From NCBI GenBank assembly GCA_963829545.1, contig CAWHIX010000007.1, positions 101,807 to 165,806 on the forward strand: a stretch of DNA of 64,000 nt, given 5' to 3'. The position numbers were made by a program, and so were the translations under genes. Below the pieces are notes generated by a model. That model searched no databases, was not told where the DNA came from, and worked only from the letters and a program-made list of their open reading frames with translations. Below, piece after piece: positions 36,736-46,254 of this stretch; within the stretch, counting starts at the first letter, position 1; the number at the start of each line of letters is the position of its first letter. Source of the DNA: an uncultured Actinomycetes bacterium (GTDB lineage Bacteria > Actinomycetota > Thermoleophilia > RBG-16-64-13).

Positions 36736-39544
36736 CTACTGCTGAAGGGCTGCCAGCGCCTCCAGCACCTTGCCCAGCTCTTCGAGTTGCCGCCCGTACT
36801 CCGCCCAGTCTCCCCGCTCCTGTGCCTCCACGGCCGCTTCGTAGTACTGGTTGGCCTGCTCGATGAGCGTCTGGGCGTCGCCACTCAGTGTCGTCGTGGG
36901 CCCGGAGGGCACGGTGGTGCTCGAGGTCGTGGTGCTGCCGCCCGGGGCGGTGGTTCCCGGCGTGCTGGTGGTGGTGGAGCCCGACCCGATGGGCTCGCCG
37001 AAGATCACGGTCAGCGCTTCACCCAGGGTCGGCTCCATGGCCACTTTGTCCGCGTAGCTCACGATCACGCGTGTCAACTCGGGCAAGGGGCTCTGCGAAG
37101 CCTGTAGGTACAGGGGCTCGAAGTACATGACCGTGTCCTCGATAGGCACCACCAGCAGATTGCCCCGGATCACCTCGCTGCCGGCCTGGCTCCAGAGCGT
37201 GATCTGGGCCGAGACGGCGGGATCGTTGGTGATGCGGGCCTCCACCTGGGAAGGGCCGAAGACGAGCTTGTCTTTGGGGAAGTCGAGCAGGGCCAGCTTG
37301 CCGTAGTTCTCCCCGTCCTGCCTGGCCACGAGCAGGGAGGCCATGTTCTTCTTGCTCAAGGGGGCGAAGGGCTGCAGGAGCGCGAACTCCGGCTCGGTCT
37401 GAGTGGGCAGGGTCAGCACCTCGTAGTAGGGAGCCACCGGGATCTCTTCTTGGCCGTAGATCTCCGTGGGGATCTCCCAGACGTCCTCTTTGTTGTAGAA
37501 CATCTGAGGATTCGTCATGTGGTAGACGGTGAGCACTTCGGCCTGGACCTTGTACATGTCCTCGGGATAGCGCATGTGCCGGCGCAGGTCCTCGGGCATC
37601 TCGCTCGCCAGGGGTGAAAAGGCCCTCGTACACCCCGCCCCAGGCGTTGGCCACCGGGTCGTCGGGATCGATCTGGTAGAAGGTCACCTTGCCGTCGTAG
37701 GCGTCGACTACCACCTTGACGGGGTTGCGCAGGTAGTTGGTGCCGTCCGCCCGCGGCTGTGAGTAGGGGAAGCGGCTGGAAGAGGTGAAGGCGTCCCACA
37801 TCCATACCAGAGAACCGTCGTCGCGGACCACCATATAGGGGTCGCTGTCGTACCTGAGGAAAGGAGCCAGAGCTCGCACACGCTCGGCGATGGTCCTCCG
37901 GTACATGATGCGGGAATCATCGGTGAAGGAGTCTGAGAACAAGAGCTTGGCCGTCCGGAAGCGGAAGCTGAACGCGACCTGGCGGAGCGTGCTGTCGATG
38001 GAGACGCCGCCGTCACCCGCATAGGTGGCCTCCGCGTTGCCTTCGCCCTTGGGGTAGTCGAACTCGGGGCTTGTGGTCCCCACGACCACGTAGTCGTTGC
38101 CCAGTTCGCCGTAGTAGATCTCGGGCCGGGTGATCTTCAGGTCGGTCTCGGTGCGGGGCGGGATGTCCTTGACCATGAGAATGGGCAGGCCGTCGGCCCC
38201 GGCCTCGTTCACGGGGCTGAGCACGAAGCCGTAGCCGTGTGTATAGGTGAGGTGGAGGTTGACCCAGGTGCGCGACTGCTCCTGCAACTGGCTCTGGTCG
38301 AGCTCGCGGACGCTCAACAGAACCTCCCGGAACTTGCCGTCGATGGTGTAGCGGTCGACGTCCACGTCCTGGAAGGAGTAGTAGAGGCGGATCTCCTGGA
38401 TCTGGGAGTAGGTGGAGAGGGCCGGTCGCGGCTCCCAGAGGCGGATGTTGCCGATGGTGTCCTCATTGGCTCTGATGTCGTCGGCGGTCAGGTCGTCGGT
38501 GGCGCTCGAAGCGACGTTCGCCATCCCGTTCAGGCCGAAGGCCCAGCGCGTGGCTTCGATGTTGTTCTCGATGTAGGGCGTCTCTGCCGCGATCTCGTTC
38601 GGCGACACCCGGTACTGCTGGACGAGGGCCGGGTAGGCTTTGCCGCCGATGCCCCAGGTGAGGGCCATGATGAGTATGGCTATCGCGGGCAGGCGCCAGC
38701 CACGATAGCGGATGTTGGCCAAGAAGATGGCTGCAGCCACCAGGGAGACGATGGCCAGGAAGTGAAGGACCGGCAGGCGGGCGTTGACGTCGGTGTAGCC
38801 CGCCCCGAACACGGCCGCGTTCTGGGTGAGGTTGAGCGACCAGGTCTGGATCATGTAGTCGCCGGCTTTGGCGACCATGGCCGCGGCCAGGATGACCGAC
38901 AGGTGGGCCTTCACGTGGGGAGCGAGGCTCACCCGGTTCTTGGCGTTCAGGACCATGGCCCGATCGACCACATACACGAAGGCCGTGGCGACGAAGGTGA
39001 GCAGGAGCGTGAAGCCCACGAAGTTCACGAGCATCTTCCACAGGGGCAGGGTGAAGACGAAGAAGGAAGCGTCTCTTCCGAAGACCGGGTCGACGTAGCC
39101 GAAATCGCCGCGGTTGAAGAACAGGAACACCTGCTCCCAGCGCGACCCATAGACGATGCCGACCACGATGGCGATGACCACCGAGACGATGAGCATCAAC
39201 CGTCCCGGCCAGCGGCGAGAACTCTTGAGCTCCAGGACCTCGCCCTCCGGCCCTCCCGGCACCGCGAGCAACCGCGGAGAGATCTTGCGGGCCGCATAGA
39301 GGCTGCCGAAGAAGATGACGAAGAAGATGACCGCGAAGGCGAGTCCGACCGCTACGCCGGCCCAGATGGGCGTCCAGAAGACTGTGGTCTGACCGACCTC
39401 CTGATACCAGAGCAGTTCGGTCCATATGCGGGATAGCACACTCCCCACACCGAACACCAGCACCAGGATGATGGCGATGATAACCGCGCGGCGGAGGGGG
39501 CCCGGTTTGAGCCGCAGGATCCGCCCTCTCTTGGCCTGCTTCAC
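36736..39544 (-). CDS. UPF0182 family membrane protein; frameshift near 37610
   Basis: WTELLWY..VG, DPVFGRDASFFVF, YTDVNA.LP, HLTYTHGYG, YPEDMYKVQ, VIRGNLLV.P. Confidence 0.9.
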
Positions 39545-39709
39545 GGGCTTGGCCGATTGTTCCGTCGTGGGGCCGGGTCCGCTATCTGCTGGAATGGCTA
39601 CTTCCCTCCCTGTCGGTCACACCTTCGCACGCGCTCACAGTGGAGACGTGCACCCCAGGCCGGCTTGTTCCGGCCCATCGCGCGGATGGCACACTGTACC
39701 AGAAGGCTC

Positions 39710-39976
39710 TCAGCGCAGTCTCTCGACCACCCCCTGATCCATCCCCACACGGTGGAGTGCCTCGAATCGCGCTTCCTCCCGAGATAAGGCCTCCAGAGCG
39801 GCGGGCACGTCGTCCAAAGCGATCCTCAAGGCGAGGCCGCATCCGGCACTGAGGTCGCGGGGGGGAGGTATCACGTCCAGCGACAGGCCCTCCTCGCGCA
39901 GGACGTCCTCCGCCGCCATGGCCTCGTGGGTGCTGGCGAAGGTGAATACGGCCCTATCGCCGGGCTCAAGCACCAA
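39710..39976 (-). CDS. DUF3343 (putative Se/S carrier-like) protein
   Basis: TF.STH.AM.AE..L, PPPRDLSAGCGLAL. Confidence 0.8.
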   Translation of the reverse strand: MVLEPGDRAVFTFASTHEAMAAEDVLREEGLSLDVIPPPRDLSAGCGLALRIALDDVPAALEALSREEARFEALHRVGMDQGVVERLR

Positions 39977-40063
39977 GCCTCAGATGGTCACGACTTTGGC
40001 CGCCCCGCTCATGAGTTCCTGCAGCCGGGGGGGGGGTTTCCAGTCATCGCGTCACTCGCGCGG

Positions 40064-40720
40064 TCAGCGGGCGGCGCTGAGGACGACGATGCTGCGCTCC
40101 GCCGGCAGGGTCTCGGCCGTCATCTCGATGGTGGACGTTTCTTTCCGCTCCACGCGAGCTTGGGTGGCCAGGAAGGGGTCCACGTTGGCGATGGGGAAGT
40201 CCACCTTGTCGGTCTTGAAGTGCATGGGCACCACGATGCGCGGCTGCAGCGTGTCCACGACTTTGGCTGCCGCGGCATGGTCGATGGTGAAGAAGCCGCC
40301 GACCGGGATGAGCAGTACGTCGACCCGTCCGAGCCGTTCCGCGGTCTCCGTGTCGAGGACGTGGCCCAGGTCGCCGAGGTGCGCCAGACGCACGTCACCG
40401 TCGTCGAGGACGACCATGGTGTTGTCGCCGCGGTCGCCGCCCCCGCTGTCGTCATGGGCCACGTCGACACCGGTGATCGTGAGACCGTCGACCGTCTCCG
40501 CTTTGGGCTGGAGAAGTTTCAGTGGCTCTCCCGGGATCGTGTCGACACCACAGTGGTCGGCGTGAGAATGCGAAGCGATGGCCACGTCGGCCGGTTCATC
40601 GATAGGCCCGTAGCGAAGGGCGCCGTCGTAGCAGCCGGGTACGTAAGGGTCGAGGACCACCCGGATGCCGTCACGGGTCTCGACTAGAAAAGAGGCATGG
40701 CCGAAGTAGGTGAGTCTCAT
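40064..40720 (-). CDS. Metallo-beta-lactamase-fold hydrolase
   Basis: GHASF, DPY, SHSHADH, HLGDLGH, PMHF. Confidence 0.88.
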   Translation of the reverse strand: MRLTYFGHASFLVETRDGIRVVLDPYVPGCYDGALRYGPIDEPADVAIASHSHADHCGVDTIPGEPLKLLQPKAETVDGLTITGVDVAHDDSGGGDRGDNTMVVLDDGDVRLAHLGDLGHVLDTETAERLGRVDVLLIPVGGFFTIDHAAAAKVVDTLQPRIVVPMHFKTDKVDFPIANVDPFLATQARVERKETSTIEMTAETLPAERSIVVLSAAR

Positions 40721-40995
40721 GTGATCGCCTCCATAGCGGCTTTTGGCTCCGCCGATAGGTTAGCCGATTGCGGTTGGGGGTAACAATAGCCAGGCGGCCG
40801 GTTGGCCGGAGGGGTACCTCACCGTTTGAGGTGACGACTTCAACGCCGGCTGCTAGAATACCCTACCTGGTATAGAGACGGGCGGGCCGATCCGAGAAAC
40901 AGCGGAGGTTTCGGCGAAGGGCTCAACCCGTCTGCGTACCGGCTAGAATGGAAACATGTAGGTGGGCCGGGCCATCCGAGACAAGGAGAACAGAG

Positions 40996-41319
40996 ATGAG
41001 CGGGGCAGTGCAGGAAGTAGACACTAAGGGTTTCGACCAGATCGTTTCGACGTCCACCGTCCCCGTGGTAGCCGATTTTTGGGCTCCTTGGTGCGGCCCG
41101 TGCCGTATGGTGGCCCCCGTACTGGAGAAACTGGCCGAGGACCATGGCGACAAGGTCAGCGTCGTCAAGGTGAACGTCGATGAGAACCAGGAACTGGCCG
41201 CGCGCTTCGGGATCATGAGCATTCCCACCGTGATGATGTTCCAGGGCGGAGAACAGAAGGCGCAACTCATAGGCGCCCGCAGCCAGAAGGACTACGAAGC
41301 GGAGTTCGGGCTCGTCTAG
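40996..41319 (+). CDS. trxA: Thioredoxin
   Basis: DFWAPWCGPCRMVAP, SIPT. Confidence 0.95.
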   Translation: MSGAVQEVDTKGFDQIVSTSTVPVVADFWAPWCGPCRMVAPVLEKLAEDHGDKVSVVKVNVDENQELAARFGIMSIPTVMMFQGGEQKAQLIGARSQKDYEAEFGLV

Positions 41320-41346
41320 CCCGATACACGCAAGGGAGAGATGTAG

Positions 41347-41700
41347 ATGGAGAAGACCGCTACCCAGTTGGTGCTGGTCGGTTCGCGACGCGCGGATGCG
41401 CGCAGGGGCGGCGGCTGACGACCCTCTCTATCTCTGGAGGAGATAGTGGGGTATCTGAACCAGGATCTGCGCAGGCGCATGGACGGGGTCGAGCCGCTGC
41501 ACTATGTCGACATCGACGACCACGAACTCGGCGAGTACCCGCAGTTGGCCGAGGCCGTGACCCGTGGCGACCGCGTTCCGATGGTCCTCGTGGGGGACGA
41601 GATCAAGACCCCCGCGTCGATAAGTGTGTACTGGGTCGAGGAGCAGCTTGCCGCTCTGGGCGTGGCTCCTTTCGCCGACAAGGTCAAGGGGCAGGGCTGA
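41347..41700 (+). CDS. Candidate selenoprotein, thioredoxin-like (DUF1462/YuzD-like); Sec at TGA 41416-41418
   Basis: ATG 41347 after GGGAGA is in frame with ORF 41446..41700 across one TGA (RRGGG-U-RPSLS); hairpin follows the TGA. Confidence 0.7.
41421..41452 (+). promoter_or_regulatory. Bacterial SECIS-like hairpin
   Basis: CTATCTC-TGGAG-GAGATAG upper stem with G-containing loop 16 nt after TGA; lower ACCC/GGGT. Confidence 0.55.
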
Positions 41701-41927
41701 TGGCATCGTACGACCTGCGCTGTTCCTCCTGTGGCAATGATTTCGAGGTCTTCTGCCTTGGTTTCCTGAAGGAAGAGGCCAAGCTGTGCCCCGACTGCGG
41801 CAGCCGCGAGGTGGAGCAGCGGTTCACGGGCTTCGGCGGAGTGACCGGGTTGGTCTCGGGCGCCTGCCTGGACACCGGCTCCTGCAGACCGAGCAGTTCA
41901 TGCAACCCGCGCTCGGGTTTCAGCTGA
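41700..41927 (+). CDS. FmdB-family zinc-ribbon protein
   Basis: YDLRCSSCG..FEV...CPDCGS; extra C-terminal Cys residues. Confidence 0.82.
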   Translation: MASYDLRCSSCGNDFEVFCLGFLKEEAKLCPDCGSREVEQRFTGFGGVTGLVSGACLDTGSCRPSSSCNPRSGFS

Positions 41928-41978
41928 GCGAGCTGACGAGGCCCGTGCGGTCTCTCGCCCGCTCGACAGAGCATTGCG

Positions 41979-42013
41979 GCCCACGGACGCCCGGCGTCCG
42001 TGGGTCTTTCTCT
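41979..42013 (+). terminator. Intrinsic terminator
   Basis: GCCCACGGACGC-CCG-GCGTCCGTGGGT followed by CTTTCTCT. Confidence 0.65.
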
Positions 42014-42166
42014 CGGCCATCTTTTTCTGCGCGGGAACCCGGCCTGAACGCGCGCCGTCGCTCTACCGGTAAGGTGTGCGGACGCGTGAGATAATCCTCC
42101 GGCACAAGCGACCCCCGCTTGCGACAGTATTCCGGCGGGGAAGCGGCGCCGGCGCAAAGGAGTGGA

Positions 42167-42967
42167 ATGTACCCTGAGCTGTTCAGTATCGGCGGCTTCA
42201 CCATGAACTCGTTCGGCGTGATGATGGCGCTGGCTTTCATCTCTGCCGGCTTCGTCGCTCATTGGCAGTTCAAGCAGCGGGGCGTGCGGCCGGACTTCAT
42301 CTACGGTCTCCTCATAGCGGCCGTCATCGGCGGGCTCCTGGGGGCCAAGATCCACTACCTCATCATCCACCCCGACGCATGGCCGGGTAACCTCCTCAGC
42401 GGCGGAGGCTTGGTGTGGTTCGGAGGTCTGTTCGGCGCCATCGTGGCGGTGGTCATCGTCACCTCGCTCTCCAAGGAGAGACTGGCCGCGGTCATGGATT
42501 CGGGCGCGCCGGCCGTCGCCGTCGGGTACGCGGTCGGGAGGATGGGCTGCTTCTTGCGCGGGGACGACTACGGGGTCCCTACCGACCTGCCCTGGGGGAT
42601 AGCGTTCCCGGAGGGGCTGCCGCCCACCACCGTCCCCGTGCATCCCACACAGTTGTATGAGATAGGGGCTTCGCTGGTGATCTTCGCGCTCCTGGTGTGG
42701 GTGATCAGCCCTCGGTTCAAACGCGAGGGCCCGCTGATCTTCGCCTACCTCCTGCTGGCCGGCGTCGAGCGTTTCCTCGTGGAGTACGTGCGCACCAACG
42801 AAGCAGTGGCTCTGGGCCTGACCCAGCAGCAGTGGATCAGCGTGGCTCTAGTGTTCATCGGTATCGGTGGCATGTGGTACTTCGAGAAACACGGTCGGCT
42901 GCGCCCCGTGATCCCTGCGAAGCCGGCTGCCACAGTGACGGTGGCCGGGAGCAGGGCGGGCAAATGA
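42167..42967 (+). CDS. lgt: Prolipoprotein diacylglyceryl transferase
   Basis: MYPELFSIG, GGLVWFGG, GRMGCF..G..YG.PT, HPTQLYE, ERFLVE..R. Confidence 0.88.
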   Translation: MYPELFSIGGFTMNSFGVMMALAFISAGFVAHWQFKQRGVRPDFIYGLLIAAVIGGLLGAKIHYLIIHPDAWPGNLLSGGGLVWFGGLFGAIVAVVIVTSLSKERLAAVMDSGAPAVAVGYAVGRMGCFLRGDDYGVPTDLPWGIAFPEGLPPTTVPVHPTQLYEIGASLVIFALLVWVISPRFKREGPLIFAYLLLAGVERFLVEYVRTNEAVALGLTQQQWISVALVFIGIGGMWYFEKHGRLRPVIPAKPAATVTVAGSRAGK

Positions 42968-43551
42968 AGAACTCGCACGTGCGTGGGCGCGCCACCGCCC
43001 TTAGGCCCGTGGCCGGCCCACTGATGCGCTCCGCAGGAATCGCGCTGCTCCTCCTGGTACTCCTTCTGGCCGCGGTGGCCTGTGGGTCCTCCGCTTCGGA
43101 AGGTACGACCGAGACCACGCAGACCACACAGACGACCGACGCGGGGGGAGCGCAGGCTCCCGATTTCAACGGAGTCACACTCGCCGGCGAGGAGGTCTCG
43201 CTGAGTGAGTACCGCGGCAAGCCGTTGGTCCTGGCCTTCATGGCCAGTTGGTGAAGTTCCTGCCGGGCCGAGGGGTCCGAACTCGATAGGTTCTATCGAG
43301 AGAACAGCGAAGAAGCAGGACTGCTGAGCCTGGCGGTGAGCGACACCGACGAGGCCATGCGGGCCTTCATGGATGCCGGCGGTTTCACGTTCCCCGTCAT
43401 GCTCGACGTCGATGAGGTCTATCAGGAGTACGGGATCAGCGCGATCCCGGCGATGGTCATCATCGATGCCGAGGGTCAGATCGTGGACACGATGGTCGGT
43501 GCCGCTACCGCCGACGAGCTGTCCGCCGCGATCGCCGGCCTCTCCGACTGA
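42964..43551 (+). CDS. Candidate selenoprotein TlpA/ResA-like lipoprotein (UxxC); Sec at TGA 43252-43254
   Basis: Lipobox AVAC; FMASW-U-SSC-RAE at the position of WCxxC; in frame with ORF 43336..43551 (YGISAIP). Confidence 0.85.
43255..43283 (+). promoter_or_regulatory. Bacterial SECIS-like hairpin
   Basis: AGTTC/GAACT lower stem; GGGCC-GAGG-GGTCC upper stem directly after TGA. Confidence 0.55.
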
Positions 43552-43682
43552 CGTCCCGCACGACCCGGCCGACCGGTCGGCACTGCGCCGTCCGGAACCG
43601 TGCCGTTCGCCTGCCCACAAACGGAACGCCGCTGCGCACCCTCGCGTCTGACGGGCCACAGGGCTTCGGACAGAGGGGGTGC

Positions 43683-44825
43683 ATGATGAGGGGCATCGGC
43701 ACAGGTATACGGATTCACAAAGCCTTCGCCATCGGAGTGGTAGTCGCCGGGATCCTGGTTCTGGCGGCAGTGCTGGGGGTCGCGGGGTGCGCGGACCGGA
43801 ACGCGGAGTCAGTCACCACTACCTATGCGGCCGCCACCGAGACGACGGCCGCAGCCGCTCTGAGTTCCGGGCAGGACAGTCCGCCGGTAGCTGATGGAGA
43901 GGTCGCATGGGACGAGGGCAGCGGAGACACGCAGGGAGGTGGCTCGCAGGTCACCGGCAGTCTGATCGCGCTGGAGGGGACCGCGGGCCAGAAGGTCATC
44001 AGCGACGCGCAGATGGAGATCGAGGTCGAGAGCGGCAGGTTTGAAGCGGTGTTCGATCAGGCGCTGATGCTGGCCGACCGCTACGGAGGCTACATCGTCA
44101 GCTCGGGAGCCCACGCCAGTGGCGAGGACGGAGGGATGAAGAGTGGCAGCATGGCCATCCGCGTCCCCGCAGCCTCCTTTTCCAGAGCTCTGGCGGACGC
44201 CGGCAAGCTTGGTGAGGTAAAGGTCCAGCAGATCCAGACCCAGGACGTCACCGAAGAATACGTGGATCTTGAGGCGCGCATCGCCAACTCCGAAGCTCAT
44301 GTCCAGGCCCTGTTGGCCCTGCTGGCCAAGGCCAAGACGGTGGACGAGGTCCTACAGGTGCAACAGGTGCTGACTGGAGCCCAGCAGCAACTGGAGGAAC
44401 TGAAGGGGCGGCTGCGCTATCTCGACGAGCACACCAGTTACTCGACTCTGGCCCTGACGATCTACGAGACCGGAGCCGTGATCACCACCTCCACCGAGTG
44501 GGGCTTCACAGGCGCCCTGAAGGACGCCGTCCGCAACCTGGTGCGCGCGGTCAACGCGATCGTGAGAGGGCTGGGCGTGCTGGTGCCGGTGCTCATCGTG
44601 CTGGGGATCATCGCTTATGTGATCTACAGGATCTGGCTTTCCGTGACGCGGCGAAGGCGCAAGCAGGACGCCGGCAGGTATCAGCCATATCCACAGGGTG
44701 GGCGAGGCCCGGGAGCAGCTCAGGCTTCGGCGGGCGAGGCGGCTGCTCAAGCGGCGCCTGCTCAAGCGCAGCCTGCCCCGGCGTCGAGTGAGGCAGGCTC
44801 GGACCTGCCGCCGGCGGAGGGCTGA
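43683..44825 (+). CDS. DUF4349-family lipoprotein
   Basis: Lipobox VAGC; IRVPA..F, QDVTEEYVDLEAR, YSTL.LTI, C-terminal TM. Confidence 0.85.
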   Translation: MMRGIGTGIRIHKAFAIGVVVAGILVLAAVLGVAGCADRNAESVTTTYAAATETTAAAALSSGQDSPPVADGEVAWDEGSGDTQGGGSQVTGSLIALEGTAGQKVISDAQMEIEVESGRFEAVFDQALMLADRYGGYIVSSGAHASGEDGGMKSGSMAIRVPAASFSRALADAGKLGEVKVQQIQTQDVTEEYVDLEARIANSEAHVQALLALLAKAKTVDEVLQVQQVLTGAQQQLEELKGRLRYLDEHTSYSTLALTIYETGAVITTSTEWGFTGALKDAVRNLVRAVNAIVRGLGVLVPVLIVLGIIAYVIYRIWLSVTRRRRKQDAGRYQPYPQGGRGPGAAQASAGEAAAQAAPAQAQPAPASSEAGSDLPPAEG

Positions 44826-44858
44826 GCCTGCGCAACGGGGAGTGGCGGGGGAGTGGCG

Positions 44859-44892
44859 GGGCGGCGCCGGGAGAGAACTCCCGGCGCCGCCC
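44859..44892. terminator. Perfect 15-bp GC hairpin downstream of DUF4349 gene
   Basis: GGGCGGCGCCGGGAG-AGAA-CTCCCGGCGCCGCCC; no U-tract. Confidence 0.55.
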
Positions 44893-44974
44893 TCATGGTG
44901 TATACTCGCTCCTTCGTGGCGCCACCAACAGGTCGCTGATCGAAAGATCCGTCCGGCGGCACGAGTACAATTCC

Positions 44975-45030
44975 ATACCACACCCCTGCTCCGGCAGTAA
45001 GGCCGGGGCCGCTCAGACCGTAGGAGGTGA
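44975..45030 (+). ncRNA. Probable S6:S18 ribosomal protein autoregulatory leader
   Basis: CCCCTGCTCC...hairpin...AGACCGTAGGAGGTGA immediately upstream of rpsF; resemblance recalled, not searched. Confidence 0.45.
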
Positions 45031-45036
45031 CCCAAA

Positions 45037-45495
45037 CTGAACAGCTACGAGCTGGTTCTTATCCTGCGTACAGACGTTGAGGATGAAGAACGAAACGCGG
45101 TGCTCGATCGCACCAAAAGCATCATCACGGGTGACAACGGCACCATCGTGAAGATCGACGAGTGGGGCAAGAAACGCCTCGCCTATGAGATCAAGGATTC
45201 CTTCGACGGCGTCTACTACATCCTCTACTTCGAGGCTGAGTCCAAGACGCTCGACGAGGTGACCCGCGTACTGGGCATCACCGACAGCGTCCTCCGCTAC
45301 ATGCCTCTCAAGCATGAGAGGCCGTTCAGCTTCCAGCAGCCCGCCGCAACAGCGGCTCCCGCCGCAGCTCCGGCAGCGGCAGCTCCAGTCGCGGCTCCGG
45401 CGGCGGCTCCCGTGGCGCCCCCCGAAGTGGCTCCCGAGTTGGCTCCGGAGTTGGCTCCCGAAGCCCCAGCAGCCGACGCCCCTGAAGAAGCCTAG
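45037..45495 (+). CDS. rpsF: 30S ribosomal protein S6 with Ala/Pro-rich tail; apparent CTG start
   Basis: CTG-AAC-AGC-TAC-GAG-CTG = (M)NSYELVLIL after TAGGAGGTGA; WGKKRLAYEI. Confidence 0.92.
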   Translation: MNSYELVLILRTDVEDEERNAVLDRTKSIITGDNGTIVKIDEWGKKRLAYEIKDSFDGVYYILYFEAESKTLDEVTRVLGITDSVLRYMPLKHERPFSFQQPAATAAPAAAPAAAAPVAAPAAAPVAPPEVAPELAPELAPEAPAADAPEEA

Positions 45496-45510
45496 GCTAA
45501 GGAGCGCAAC

Positions 45511-45957
45511 ATGGCTCGCGGTATCGCACACGTGACGCTGGTGGGTAACCTTACCCGCGACCCCGAGCTCCGGCAGACTCCCAGCGGCACGTCCGTCTGT
45601 CAACTGGGAGTGGCTGTGAATTCCTCGTACAAGGACTCATCGGGGCAGTGGGTCGAGAAGCCCAATTTCTTCGATGTGGTGGTATGGGGTACGCAAGGTG
45701 AGAACTGCGCCAAGTATCTGGCCAAGGGCCGCCAGGTAGCCGTCGACGGCCGTCTCGATCAGCGCAGCTGGGACGCGCAGGACGGTACGAAGCGCAGCAA
45801 GGTCGAAATCATCGCCGACACGGTGATGTTCATCGGCGGGCAGGGCGGCGAAGCGCGCGAACCGGCTTTCCGGGGTGGCGCGCAGAACGCTCCTGGTCCG
45901 GCCGCTCAAGACGATTTTCGTGACATCGATTTCGGGGGCGACGACATCCCCTTCTAG
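45511..45957 (+). CDS. ssb: Single-stranded DNA-binding protein
   Basis: LVGNLTRDPELR, C-terminal DDIPF. Confidence 0.97.
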   Translation: MARGIAHVTLVGNLTRDPELRQTPSGTSVCQLGVAVNSSYKDSSGQWVEKPNFFDVVVWGTQGENCAKYLAKGRQVAVDGRLDQRSWDAQDGTKRSKVEIIADTVMFIGGQGGEAREPAFRGGAQNAPGPAAQDDFRDIDFGGDDIPF

Positions 45958-45982
45958 TCGTTCTCCAAGGAGGTAGAACAAA

Positions 45983-46240
45983 GTGGCGAATCTCAAGAAG
46001 CCGACGCGTCGAGTCCGGCCGACGACCGGCAACCGGCGGCGCAAGTACTGCTTCTTCTGCAAAGAAGGCGTGGAGATGGTCGATTACAAGGACTTCGGCA
46101 CGCTGCGCAGGTTCATGTCCGAGCGTGGGAAGATCCGGTCTCGGCGGACCACAGGTGCCTGTCGGCGCCACCAGCGGCAGGTCGCCGTGGCGATCAAGCG
46201 GGCGCGCGAGGTCGCGCTGCTGCCCTATAGCAGCCGCTGA
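45983..46240 (+). CDS. rpsR: 30S ribosomal protein S18 (Zn-binding C+ type)
   Basis: RKYCFFC, VDYKD, SERGKI..RR.TG.C..HQR, ALLPY. Confidence 0.96.
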   Translation: MANLKKPTRRVRPTTGNRRRKYCFFCKEGVEMVDYKDFGTLRRFMSERGKIRSRRTTGACRRHQRQVAVAIKRAREVALLPYSSR

Positions 46241-46254
46241 CAGTAGCCCTGGTC

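Noticed and set aside
44836-44862. GGGGAGTGGC repeats as a G-quadruplex
   Set aside because: Common in GC-rich DNA and partly occupied by the adjacent 15-bp hairpin; no supporting evidence.
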